IMG/VR virus record: IMGVR_UViG_3300032322_001896 | Span: 1 to 31,622 of that record | Length of the DNA stretch: 31,622 bases | Strand: one strand, 5' to 3' | Source: a virus | Lineage: Duplodnaviria > Caudoviricetes | Part shown: positions 1 through 8,038 of the stretch, piece after piece | Numbering within the stretch: position 1 is the first letter of the stretch | How the letters are laid out: every line of letters starts with the position of its first letter | Position numbers and translations under genes: made by a program | Notes under the pieces: model-generated | What the model was told of the DNA's origin: nothing | Database searches by the model: none | Seen by the model: the letters and a program-made list of their open reading frames with translations, nothing else

Positions 1-123
1 TGGGACCCCAAGCATCCCAAGGCCATGTTCGATCAGATCCCTGCCTGGGAAGGTCAAGCTCTGAGAGACTGCTGTGGTTGGCGCACCGACTGTGAAGAGA
101 AGAAACTCAGTCGAAGGTGTTGA
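1..123 (+). CDS. 3' end of a hypothetical protein running in from the left edge (...WDPKHPKAMFDQIPAWEGQALRDCCGWRTDCEEKKLSRRC*)
   Basis: Frame +1 is open from base 1 to TGA at 121-123, followed by a non-coding structured region. Translated by hand; not in the ORF track. Confidence 0.5.
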   Translation, partial: WDPKHPKAMFDQIPAWEGQALRDCCGWRTDCEEKKLSRRC

Positions 124-141
124 TGGTGGTCGGCACCATCA
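121..141. repeat. Perfect 8-bp inverted repeat TGATGGTG-gtcgg-CACCATCA
   Basis: Seen directly; overlaps the stop codon of the upstream partial ORF; no U-tract follows. Confidence 0.6.
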
Positions 142-311
142 GGTGGTGGGGTGGGCCGGTTAGTGTGTATGTTAGTATGCGCTAACTTGCTAGCCCTAGC
201 GTTTTTTAAAACCATGGTCTAAAATCACCACCCTGAAAAGATAAGTACTCCACCCAAATTTTTTGCGCGGCCAAATTTTTCCCCTGCAGTACCCTTTCGG
301 GTATATACTGT

Positions 312-524
312 ATGATCTATGAAACTCGCCGTCGCAGTCTAGTCAAAACCGTTATCTACAGAATATGGGTATTGTCTACAACATATGTAATGCTCATAGT
401 AACGGGTCAAACTCTAGAATCAGCTATCGTTCCTACTTTAATCATCAATGCCATATGGATGACTTCATTCTATGTTTATGATCGCATATGGGCTAGGATT
501 GGTTGGGGGAGACTAGATAAGTAA
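312..524 (+). CDS. DUF2061-family small membrane protein
   Basis: ETRRRSLVKTVIYRI start, two hydrophobic segments and YDRIWARIGWGR end are typical of DUF2061. Confidence 0.75.
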   Translation: MIYETRRRSLVKTVIYRIWVLSTTYVMLIVTGQTLESAIVPTLIINAIWMTSFYVYDRIWARIGWGRLDK

Positions 525-528
525 CAGT

Positions 529-732
529 ATGGAATACTGCTACAGATATTGGTCTTGGACTGCGGATCTACCTAAAAACGAACTTGAGTTTATTCGCGAT
601 TTACAGCGGTGGGATTGCCATATAGAATCGCGTCAGGACTGCATAGACATATGGATTCCAAAACGCTATCACAGTCTAGTCTTATTGAAATATCCCCATC
701 TACAGCGCCACCCTATATTTGATCGACACTAG
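529..732 (+). CDS. Hypothetical protein (67 aa)
   Basis: ORF closely follows the DUF2061 gene; preceded by ATAAGTA-N5-ATG. Confidence 0.6.
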   Translation: MEYCYRYWSWTADLPKNELEFIRDLQRWDCHIESRQDCIDIWIPKRYHSLVLLKYPHLQRHPIFDRH

Positions 733-807
733 TTCTTAGTTTGGTGCTGCAAATCTGCGCTACCGCTAGTCGCTGCGCTCTAGTAAAATTTTGCGCGGCG
801 CTTCGCG

Positions 808-814
808 ATAAATA
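808..814 (+). promoter_or_regulatory. Late-type promoter motif ATAAATA, followed by SD GGAGG (820-824)
   Basis: Resembles the T4 late promoter TATAAATA; lies upstream of ORF 832. Confidence 0.55.
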
Positions 815-831
815 CACTGGGAGGAATCGCA

Positions 832-1029
832 ATGACACAGTATCTCATGCCCGCAGCTCGTTGCTTGGACACAAGACAACTCGTTAAAAAACAGGATCTT
901 TCAGGTCGTAGATATCTGAATTCAGATCATCAGGAAGTTTGGGCTTTGAGCCATGTATTGGCTGACGAGCTCACTGCTCGCACTCGTCAAACCTGGTTGG
1001 CAGAACCCATCACTTATACAAATAATTAA
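832..1029 (+). CDS. Hypothetical protein (65 aa)
   Basis: Strong SD (GGAGG) and a late-type motif upstream. Confidence 0.7.
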   Translation: MTQYLMPAARCLDTRQLVKKQDLSGRRYLNSDHQEVWALSHVLADELTARTRQTWLAEPITYTNN

Positions 1030-1444
1030 CAGTGGTAGTGTTTTCTCTGTAGACAGTGGCCCCATTCTTCAAGTGGAAGTTGCGGGCCATTTCTGTTTTT
1101 GGGCTTAGGGTCACATAAGTGCTGACTTCTTTGTTGTTGTCTGTGATCCACTGCTGAGCTTCTCTGATCAACTGCTGTCCTGCTCCACGAGCATAACTCC
1201 AAATGGTATAGAACACTGCGGTATTGGTGTGTACCACTTGATGTGCTAGATCTTCCACTGATTCGGGTATGGTTTCTAGAAATTTCACACAGGTCACTGC
1301 CAGCGGAGCGCCATCTTCGTTTTTCAACACGAAAATACGGCTGTTGTCATTGACTCGAAATGACAGGGGCAGTTCTGGGCGTACAGGGTCGTCTTTGACT
1401 AGGTCTATGAGGTTATCGGTTAGGTCTTGTATGATGTGCAGCAT
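1010..1444 (-). CDS. GNAT-like acetyltransferase fold protein
   Basis: AVFYTIWSYARGAGQQLI (motif A-like) and TLSP..ARNFHLKNGA (motif B-like). Start moved to MLHII at 1444 because an ATAAATA motif lies at 1467-1473 (-). Confidence 0.6.
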   Translation of the reverse strand: MLHIIQDLTDNLIDLVKDDPVRPELPLSFRVNDNSRIFVLKNEDGAPLAVTCVKFLETIPESVEDLAHQVVHTNTAVFYTIWSYARGAGQQLIREAQQWITDNNKEVSTYVTLSPKTEMARNFHLKNGATVYRENTTTVNYLYK

Positions 1445-1514
1445 TTTATTACTCTGGTTATATGCGTATTTATTGATCAGCAAGAAAAAATCCTATTTTT
1501 TAGGCTTTATAGGC

Positions 1515-1543
1515 GTGACTCAGTAAATAAATCAGTGTATAAT
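1515..1543 (+). promoter_or_regulatory. sigma70-type promoter GTGACT-N17-TATAAT, with a TAAATA late motif inside the spacer
   Basis: Direct reading; 17-nt spacer; SD AAGGAG before ATG 1578. Confidence 0.65.
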
Positions 1544-1577
1544 AAAACTATACTCTAACACACAAGGAGATTTAACT

Positions 1578-2249
1578 ATGAGTTATTCGATGTCAGCTGC
1601 TGAAAACCTCAATACCGCGGTAGCTGGAGTTTTGGCTCGCATGGGCGTGGGCGTTTTGGCCACTCTGATCATGGCTGCGGTCATACAGAGTCTAGGACTG
1701 GTTCCTCTGCTGTTCAGCGGCATTCTAGGCTATGTGATCATTTTCGCTCCCTTGGCCATGAGTCTGTATTTGGCCTGGCGCGGAGACACTATGAGCGAAT
1801 CCACTATCAAGGCATGGTACTTTGCCTTTGCTGCTGCCATGGGCGTTAGCCTCAGCATGATCTTCCAAATCTACACAGGCGCCAGCATTGCCATGGCTCT
1901 GATCGGAACCACAGCCAGTTTTGCTGCCTTGGCAGGATGGGGTTATTTCACCAAGCGTGATCTCAGCAATTGGGGTGCTTTTCTTTTCGCAGGAGTCATT
2001 GGACTGGTTGTAGCAGGCATTGCCAATATCTTTATTGCCAGCACAGCTCTGCAGATGACCCTAAATGTGTTGACCATACTGATCTTTCTAGGACTCACTG
2101 CCTATGATATGAATCGCATCCGCGACATGTTTTGGTCAGCAGATCAGGGAGAAATCGCCCGTATGCAGTGGTTTGCTGCTCTGAGCCTTTACATCAACTT
2201 CATCAATATCTTTGTCAGTATGCTACAGTTGTTTGGTAACAGAGAGTGA
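1578..2249 (+). CDS. Bax inhibitor-1/YccA/YbhL (TMBIM) family membrane protein
   Basis: About 7 hydrophobic helices; GYFTKRDLS, GLTAYD and ALSLYINFINIF signatures. Confidence 0.93.
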   Translation: MSYSMSAAENLNTAVAGVLARMGVGVLATLIMAAVIQSLGLVPLLFSGILGYVIIFAPLAMSLYLAWRGDTMSESTIKAWYFAFAAAMGVSLSMIFQIYTGASIAMALIGTTASFAALAGWGYFTKRDLSNWGAFLFAGVIGLVVAGIANIFIASTALQMTLNVLTILIFLGLTAYDMNRIRDMFWSADQGEIARMQWFAALSLYINFINIFVSMLQLFGNRE

Positions 2250-2827
2250 TACTCTGTGATCGACCACTGATAGCACAATTCGACAGCGGCCTTAGATCCA
2301 CAGACATCGACGGGCTGCTGTCAATATCTGACTATCAAGCCAGCCACGGCTACAGTCATCAAAACAACAGCAGTGCCCAAGTCAGAGAAAGATCCAGTCA
2401 AAGCTACTTTGATCTACATGATGATCTTAGACCCTATCGAGAACTGATGCTGAATCGCATACGAGAAGAACTGGGCATAGAGCACAGCATCCGCAGTGCC
2501 GAATATCTACAGTTAACTCGCTATCAACAGGGTCAAGAGTATGTGGCACACTTTGATCATTTCAATCTACCCGGCTACGAACACACAGTTGATGTAGATC
2601 GTGTGGCCACTGCGCTGCTGTATCTCAATGACGGATTTCTCGGTGGCGAAACATACTTTCCTTCGTTGGATATCACTGTGTACCCTAGACAGGGCGATAT
2701 CTTGTATTTTGCCTATCCGCCAGAAGTGGCCAGCAATTGTCTACATGCTGGACTGCCTGTGCGTAGGGGAGAAAAGCGTATAGCCAGCCTCTGGATCAGA
2801 GCTGCTGCTTGGCCTGTTCAAGGCTGA
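2246..2827 (+). CDS. Prolyl 4-hydroxylase-like 2OG-Fe(II) oxygenase
   Basis: LQLTRYQQGQEYVAHFD (HxD), RVATALLYLND..GGETYFP, LHAGLPVRRGEK; GTG start overlapping the upstream stop. Confidence 0.9.
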   Translation: MILCDRPLIAQFDSGLRSTDIDGLLSISDYQASHGYSHQNNSSAQVRERSSQSYFDLHDDLRPYRELMLNRIREELGIEHSIRSAEYLQLTRYQQGQEYVAHFDHFNLPGYEHTVDVDRVATALLYLNDGFLGGETYFPSLDITVYPRQGDILYFAYPPEVASNCLHAGLPVRRGEKRIASLWIRAAAWPVQG

Positions 2828-3506
2828 GTTCTTGATCTTCTAGTTCGCGAATCTTTTCTGCTATCTGATCAATGATACCTAGATTGCGCAAGATCTTAAA
2901 CACTAGATTTTCCACTGACCATTCACCAGCACGGGCAAGCCCTGCCTTGCGCATCTGTGTGACCTTGTCTTTGGCTCGGCGCAGTTGATTGAGATCTTTG
3001 CTGAGCAGCGCCTGTTCAATCTGAGCCATGATAGCATCTTTTTTGGCTTCTATGGCGCTGTCGTTGATCTTGGGTTTGACCTTCTTGGGCTCTACTAACC
3101 ACTGAGAATCTTTGATGCTGTAAACACCAGTTGAATGATGTGGTTCATCCTGCCCCTGTATGTAACATTCTACAGGTAGGCCTTTGATGGTAATGTTTCG
3201 TTGCTCGCTCCAGAGATTCTTTTTTGCTGAAAACAGTTCTCTTTGTTCGTCGCTAGGAGTTCCGGGCACAATGAGATGTAGATCCAAGTCTGAGTATTCT
3301 GTCCAGGTATAATTGGCATTAGATCCTGTGATGGTATAATCAACAATATCAAGGTCTACTCCTACAAACTCTTCAAAAGCCAAGGCAATCTTTTTCAACT
3401 TTTCCAATACCGCAGGATCAAGTTGATCACCATCCCAAATCTTAGGATTTAACTGACGATTTACCGTGACTATGTCCGATCGTTCTTGTATCTGTCTAAG
3501 GCGCAC
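2796..3506 (-). CDS. Pol-beta-superfamily nucleotidyltransferase
   Basis: hGS-x-DhD signature (ITGSNANYTWTEYSDLDLHL), third carboxylate in VECY, helical C-terminal domain; GTG start. Confidence 0.8.
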   Translation of the reverse strand: MRLRQIQERSDIVTVNRQLNPKIWDGDQLDPAVLEKLKKIALAFEEFVGVDLDIVDYTITGSNANYTWTEYSDLDLHLIVPGTPSDEQRELFSAKKNLWSEQRNITIKGLPVECYIQGQDEPHHSTGVYSIKDSQWLVEPKKVKPKINDSAIEAKKDAIMAQIEQALLSKDLNQLRRAKDKVTQMRKAGLARAGEWSVENLVFKILRNLGIIDQIAEKIRELEDQELSLEQAKQQL

Positions 3507-3507
3507 A

Positions 3508-3852
3508 CTAAACTCCGTATTTGTTACGCTTGGTCCGAGCTATAGGACTTGATGAATTTGTACTTAGAGGTTCGTGACTTTCTTTGTCTGCTACCAACTG
3601 ACCCTTGTGTCCGGTTTTTCTTACACCTGCCTGTATGATATTTTCTTCTTCGGGAGTGTAGGCCACAATTACCGCACTGTTTGAAGTTGGACCTTCAGCA
3701 TGGCTTATTTCGTGATTGGCCATGGCCATACCGAATCTGTAGATAGCATAGGGATTGGCGCTGGGCATTCCCGGGAAAGCATAGGTGGTTTTCAAAGGAC
3801 CCCCCTTACGGGCGGCTAACTTACGCTCAGTGATAAATTCTCGTGCTCGCAT
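3508..3852 (-). CDS. Hypothetical protein, possible internal head protein
   Basis: N-terminus MRAREFITE resembles a T4 capsid-targeting sequence; TAAATA-N5-ATG upstream. Confidence 0.65.
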   Translation of the reverse strand: MRAREFITERKLAARKGGPLKTTYAFPGMPSANPYAIYRFGMAMANHEISHAEGPTSNSAVIVAYTPEEENIIQAGVRKTGHKGQLVADKESHEPLSTNSSSPIARTKRNKYGV

Positions 3853-3856
3853 CCAC

Positions 3857-4105
3857 TTATTTAGCCCACATTAGCCCATACATGGTAGCTAACTTATCTG
3901 AGTATATTTCTGCTACGAGATAACTGTGAATGTCGTTGGGTCTCTGTTCTACAACTATTTGACATTCAGAAGAATCTTGGCTTTTTAACCATTTTATGTG
4001 ATCTAGTCCTGCTTGCCTATGTACGCTGGGCCAATCGATCCAAATCGTTCCCGGTTCAACATCAGCTGGACGATAACGGGCTATTTCAAAACGGTGCGTC
4101 TTCAT
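3857..4105 (-). CDS. Hypothetical protein (about 82 aa)
   Basis: ORF fills the gap between the helicase and ORF 3852; ATG at 4105 chosen over GTG at 4111. Confidence 0.6.
   Translation of the reverse strand: MKTHRFEIARYRPADVEPGTIWIDWPSVHRQAGLDHIKWLKSQDSSECQIVVEQRPNDIHSYLVAEIYSDKLATMYGLMWAK
3858..3863 (-). promoter_or_regulatory. Late-type promoter motif TAAATA, 5 nt before ATG 3852
   Basis: gcTAAATAagtggATG on the - strand. Confidence 0.6.
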
Positions 4106-5510
4106 CTTCACTGCCCATGCTACTTAAGATTTCACGAAGCTTAGTGCTTTCTACCTGTGCTTTTACTTTGGGCACTGGAGCTCCGTCTGCAGGATTATCT
4201 CTCTGTATCTCGGTCTTGCGTTTGATTTGATCAATAATACTGCTGGAACCACGACCTGCACCTGCTGTGGATTCTTGTTCATCTTCTGGGAGATCTGATA
4301 TTTTAAGACTTTCGAGATTAAACTCTAGATCTACTTTTTGTCCAACACCACTACTGCTACGAGTTTTCATTAACTGAATCTGATAACGACCACGCTCACG
4401 CATAGCACGGCTAGTAAAGATACCAAACACATTATCTGCTGTCTGAATCTTAGATAAGCCACCTGAAATATGGCTGTGATCAAATTCTACTTCTTCTACT
4501 GCGCCACGATTCAACTGACTGGCTGTTACCAATATACAATTACGCTCTACTGCAAGATTACGCAATTCTTCTGACACATACTTGTCTTTGATAAACAGAT
4601 CCGCTGGCGAAATCTTACGGCTGATCGGCATCAACAAATCCAAGTAATCCACTAACAATACATCAACCTTGCGTCCTGTTTTAATTTCAAATTCTTTCAA
4701 GTAAGCTCTAAGATCATTACAGGTCTTACCGCTGGGCATATACTTGATCTGCATAGCACCTGACTTCTTGCCAATGATGCGAACTTTCATTTCAACATCA
4801 TCAAGATCTTTAAAGATCTCTTTGGTTGGAATACCAGTGGTCATTGCATCAATACGCATGGCTACTAGGTCTTCTGAAAGTTCTAATGTTAGATAGACAA
4901 CATTGAGTCCTTGAAGGCACCAGTTAACACCCAAGTTTGCAAGGAACAACGATTTGCCAGCACCGGATCCGCCTGCAAAGATATTCAGTTCGCCTTTGTT
5001 CATTCCTCCAAACAGTCTACGATCAAGACTAGGCCAACCAGTACTAATTTGTCCATTCTTGTCTTTGATTCGCAAAAGTCTTTGTCTTGGATCAGCAAAG
5101 TAGTCTGTGCCCATGTCTTTGGCAAGACCGATTTGTACAGCTTCTTTGATCATTACCTCTACTTGACCATAGTCATGTTTTTCAAGTAGATCTGCCGAAT
5201 TAATAATGGCACGCTCTAGAGCCTTGTGTCTAGTAAATGATTCAAACTCATCCATGAGCCAATCCATATGACCTTCTTTGACATCTTCTGGACGATGCAG
5301 ATCTACTCTACAAGTGGCATTGACCATTTCATAGTCTGGCAATACGCTGTATTGTTTAGAATATTCGTTGACAAATTCTGCGGCGTCTTGTAGTTTACGA
5401 TCAAATAGAGTATGATCGAAAATGCCTTGACAGCGAACAAACACTTCTGCGTCTGCCAACATCAGTTCGAGATATAATTTTTGTACTTCGTATCCGTAAT
5501 CTTTTATCAT
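4086..5510 (-). CDS. Replicative DnaB/gp41-like DNA helicase
   Basis: STGWPSLD, Walker A GGSGAGKS, TLELSE, LLVDYLDL, TASQLNRG, QTADNV and KTR motifs; directly downstream of the primase. Confidence 0.95.
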   Translation of the reverse strand: MIKDYGYEVQKLYLELMLADAEVFVRCQGIFDHTLFDRKLQDAAEFVNEYSKQYSVLPDYEMVNATCRVDLHRPEDVKEGHMDWLMDEFESFTRHKALERAIINSADLLEKHDYGQVEVMIKEAVQIGLAKDMGTDYFADPRQRLLRIKDKNGQISTGWPSLDRRLFGGMNKGELNIFAGGSGAGKSLFLANLGVNWCLQGLNVVYLTLELSEDLVAMRIDAMTTGIPTKEIFKDLDDVEMKVRIIGKKSGAMQIKYMPSGKTCNDLRAYLKEFEIKTGRKVDVLLVDYLDLLMPISRKISPADLFIKDKYVSEELRNLAVERNCILVTASQLNRGAVEEVEFDHSHISGGLSKIQTADNVFGIFTSRAMRERGRYQIQLMKTRSSSGVGQKVDLEFNLESLKISDLPEDEQESTAGAGRGSSSIIDQIKRKTEIQRDNPADGAPVPKVKAQVESTKLREILSSMGSEDEDAPF

Positions 5511-5511
5511 A

Positions 5512-6549
5512 TTAGTAATTATACTGCCTTCTTAGTTTTTGTTCTAGGGCCCGCTGTGCCATAGTTATTTTAATTTCTCCCTGTTGTGCTGTTTTGATTA
5601 AATCAACAACAGTGAATAATTTTCCATATCGCTGCACAGCATCTGCACAGTCTTTAACATCATCGTCCCAATTGGGGAAAGCCACTGACCAATTGTAATG
5701 TATGGCTCGTTTAATTAACTGTAGTCCTGCTTCGTCTTGATCTGGTATTACAATAACTTCAGCACCGAGACTGTTGATTATTCTAGCCTGTTGATCTGCT
5801 ATGTCGTTGGTTAATAGTGCAACACCGTCAATACTTAGAGCATCAAATGGACCTTCACATACAAATATATACTTCTGATCTTCTTTTTGTCGATCAAAGT
5901 TGAATACAAAGTGCGGGTGCTGATCTGAAAGATATTTTGGTTTACCGTCAGTGACTTTTCTAGCAGTATTGCCAACTATGTGTCCTTGCCAACGGAAAGG
6001 AATAATCACACGATCGATGTATCCAGGAGTAGGCGACCAATAGAAATCATAATCAAAATCAAAAGGATTGTCATAACCTCTGTTCATGAGATATCTCAGA
6101 ACTTCGATAAATTGAGGTCCTATCTGCTCTTCGATCTCACCTTCGATAATATCGCTCCATTGCATCAAAGACATGGCATGTTCTGGTAAGGATTTGTCTT
6201 CAAATTCTATCTTAGGTTGATATTCGGGAGATTCATAGTCTTCGGCTTCGGTCTTTAGTGCTTCAAAGACCATAGTTCTTATATCGTCTTCGTTGGCGCC
6301 CATCCAGCGGCTAAGACTTTTCATCTTCTCGCCAAATGGTGATCCTGGTTGCCAGCCTGTAGAGAATTTGCAGTTGAAGCAGTTGTAGACTATGCCGTTA
6401 CCGTCAAATCGAAGGCCTCCCCGTTTACGAGTATCTGGACTATGCCCACGATGCTGGCAACAGGGCGCATTGAAACTAGTCCAACCACTGGGGCTTTGTT
6501 TAGCTCGTGGTGGGAGTAGTGTGCGAAATTTATCTACGACCATAGTCAT
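5512..6549 (-). CDS. DNA primase (gp61/DnaG-like)
   Basis: N-terminal Zn ribbon (PCC...CFNC), RVIIPF, PKYL, TOPRIM EGPFDA and DQDEAG, KDCAD. Confidence 0.92.
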   Translation of the reverse strand: MTMVVDKFRTLLPPRAKQSPSGWTSFNAPCCQHRGHSPDTRKRGGLRFDGNGIVYNCFNCKFSTGWQPGSPFGEKMKSLSRWMGANEDDIRTMVFEALKTEAEDYESPEYQPKIEFEDKSLPEHAMSLMQWSDIIEGEIEEQIGPQFIEVLRYLMNRGYDNPFDFDYDFYWSPTPGYIDRVIIPFRWQGHIVGNTARKVTDGKPKYLSDQHPHFVFNFDRQKEDQKYIFVCEGPFDALSIDGVALLTNDIADQQARIINSLGAEVIVIPDQDEAGLQLIKRAIHYNWSVAFPNWDDDVKDCADAVQRYGKLFTVVDLIKTAQQGEIKITMAQRALEQKLRRQYNY

Positions 6550-6555
6550 AGATAT

Positions 6556-6584
6556 ATTATATTATCTGTAGAGAACTTTGTCAA
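6556..6584 (-). promoter_or_regulatory. Perfect sigma70 consensus promoter TTGACA-N17-TATAAT for the primase-helicase operon
   Basis: -35 at 6584-6579 inside the last codons (LDK) of the upstream gene; -10 at 6561-6556; ATG 6 nt downstream. Confidence 0.85.
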
Positions 6585-7635
6585 GTTTTCCGGCGTCTGG
6601 ACTTTCACCTCTTAGAACAAAAGTTCTTACACCGTTATAGGACACACCAGTATGTGTAAAATTGGTTATCTTTCCGTCCACATCAACTGCGGTCACAGTA
6701 ATAACCAAATCATTAGTTCCGGTTTCTCCACCTAAATTTCTACCTAATATTGTAACAACATCGCCTACGATGTAACCCGATCCTGGGGAACGGATAGTAA
6801 CTGTGTAATCGCCTAAAATGGTTTGAGCAATGACAAATTCAGCGATTGATGTTACTCTAGACGGTTCGTGTTTGACTCTAAACCAACGATATTTTCCTGT
6901 GATATTTTTATAAACAATATCGTTGTCTAATTGGAATGTTGTAATATCAGACCATACACTAGGTGCGGCATCTTCTCTTAAACTGCCTTGTATAGTAACT
7001 GTACCTTCGTATTCAGTTGAATAGATAACAAATGTGTGTAGGCTTTGAGCAGTGTTTATATTTGGCTGTGCATCAATAATGCTGCTGACATAGTAGGGAC
7101 TATTTGTTTCACCGACAGTAAATGGATTGATGTAACTAAATTTGTTTATTTCTTGGCTGTCTTGAACACTACCTAGTAAATCATCAACGATTTCTAATGC
7201 ACCGACAGCATCATATTGGCTGTCCATATACAGAGGAGTTTTTCTAGAAACAGTATAATTTCCGTCATCTAATGTTTGTCTAACTTCTTGGACTACGCTA
7301 TATTCATAACTTCCTATTTCTAAATCTAAAAGTTCTTCTCTAGTAATAGTAATTCTATATCGACCTGCTGTATCGCTGACTACCTCACAGTCTTTGCTCC
7401 ACACTAAATCTTTTCCCTCTCTGCTCAAAAGATTAAATACCAATGTGGTTCCTGCAGTACTGATAGGTTTTTGATCAGAATTTTTAACCTGTAAATCAAT
7501 GCGATTATCTGCGCTGCGAAATACTTTTAAATTTCGATTATACACTTGACGATACCTCTCTGTAGTCCAGGAAGCTAACGAACTTGTGAACAGATCAATT
7601 TTATTTGGATATAAATATAAAGAATTAATTTGCAT
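6562..7635 (-). CDS. Putative virion structural protein (baseplate/tail-associated, beta-rich)
   Basis: Ig/BppU-like N-terminal region; C-terminal GSGYIVGDVVTILG..LGG..NDLVITVTAVD motif typical of tail/baseplate proteins; ATAAATA motif at 7657-7663 (-). Confidence 0.55.
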   Translation of the reverse strand: MQINSLYLYPNKIDLFTSSLASWTTERYRQVYNRNLKVFRSADNRIDLQVKNSDQKPISTAGTTLVFNLLSREGKDLVWSKDCEVVSDTAGRYRITITREELLDLEIGSYEYSVVQEVRQTLDDGNYTVSRKTPLYMDSQYDAVGALEIVDDLLGSVQDSQEINKFSYINPFTVGETNSPYYVSSIIDAQPNINTAQSLHTFVIYSTEYEGTVTIQGSLREDAAPSVWSDITTFQLDNDIVYKNITGKYRWFRVKHEPSRVTSIAEFVIAQTILGDYTVTIRSPGSGYIVGDVVTILGRNLGGETGTNDLVITVTAVDVDGKITNFTHTGVSYNGVRTFVLRGESPDAGKLDKVLYR

Positions 7636-7663
7636 ACATTAGCGTACCTTTAGCTATATTTAT
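7610..7663. promoter_or_regulatory. Face-to-face late-type promoters: TATAAATA (+, 7610-7617) and ATAAATA (-, 7657-7663)
   Basis: Both motifs flank the short gap between divergent ORFs 7635(-) and 7667(+). Confidence 0.55.
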
Positions 7664-7666
7664 CGA

Positions 7667-8038
7667 ATGAGAATAACAGAAAATTTTCAACAAAACTATC
7701 CGTTCATAAGCATTATTAACCACGTTAGCCAAGAATATGTGGGTATAATAATCAATCAAGATGCACAAGTTACTAGCATCTACGATTACGCCGCCATTAA
7801 AACAGAGGACGAAAAATCTAAGTTTTTAGAACTAGGTGAAATTTGGTGGTGGGAAAGCAATCGTCAAATTCCTATTAACATATTCTTGTTAAAGGAAATT
7901 TCTCATTTTAAGTACGCTATTAAAAATTTTAGTACCAAAGACACTAAATTAATTCTAGGTCCTTGTACTAGTTTGAATGATATAATTGTAAAACGAATTA
8001 AGCGTAAATCAATTACACTGGTAAGAAAAATTACCTGA
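7667..8038 (+). CDS. Hypothetical phage protein (123 aa)
   Basis: Lone + strand ORF with protein-like composition (LGEIWWWESNRQIPINIFL) and an upstream late motif. Confidence 0.75.
   Translation: MRITENFQQNYPFISIINHVSQEYVGIIINQDAQVTSIYDYAAIKTEDEKSKFLELGEIWWWESNRQIPINIFLLKEISHFKYAIKNFSTKDTKLILGPCTSLNDIIVKRIKRKSITLVRKIT

Noticed and set aside
1485-1508. AAAAAATCCTA-TTTTT-TAGGCTTT imperfect palindrome as a terminator
   Set aside because: It lies between divergent gene starts and has only a 4-bp core stem; at most an operator, and too weak to call.
1269-1526. 85-aa + strand ORF
   Set aside because: Antisense shadow of the GNAT-like gene that also runs across a promoter region; no motifs.
2601-6189. 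Short alternative ORFs 2601-2783, 3170-3352, 4911-5189 and 5980-6189
   Set aside because: Nested in or antisense to well-supported genes (P4H, NTase, helicase, primase).
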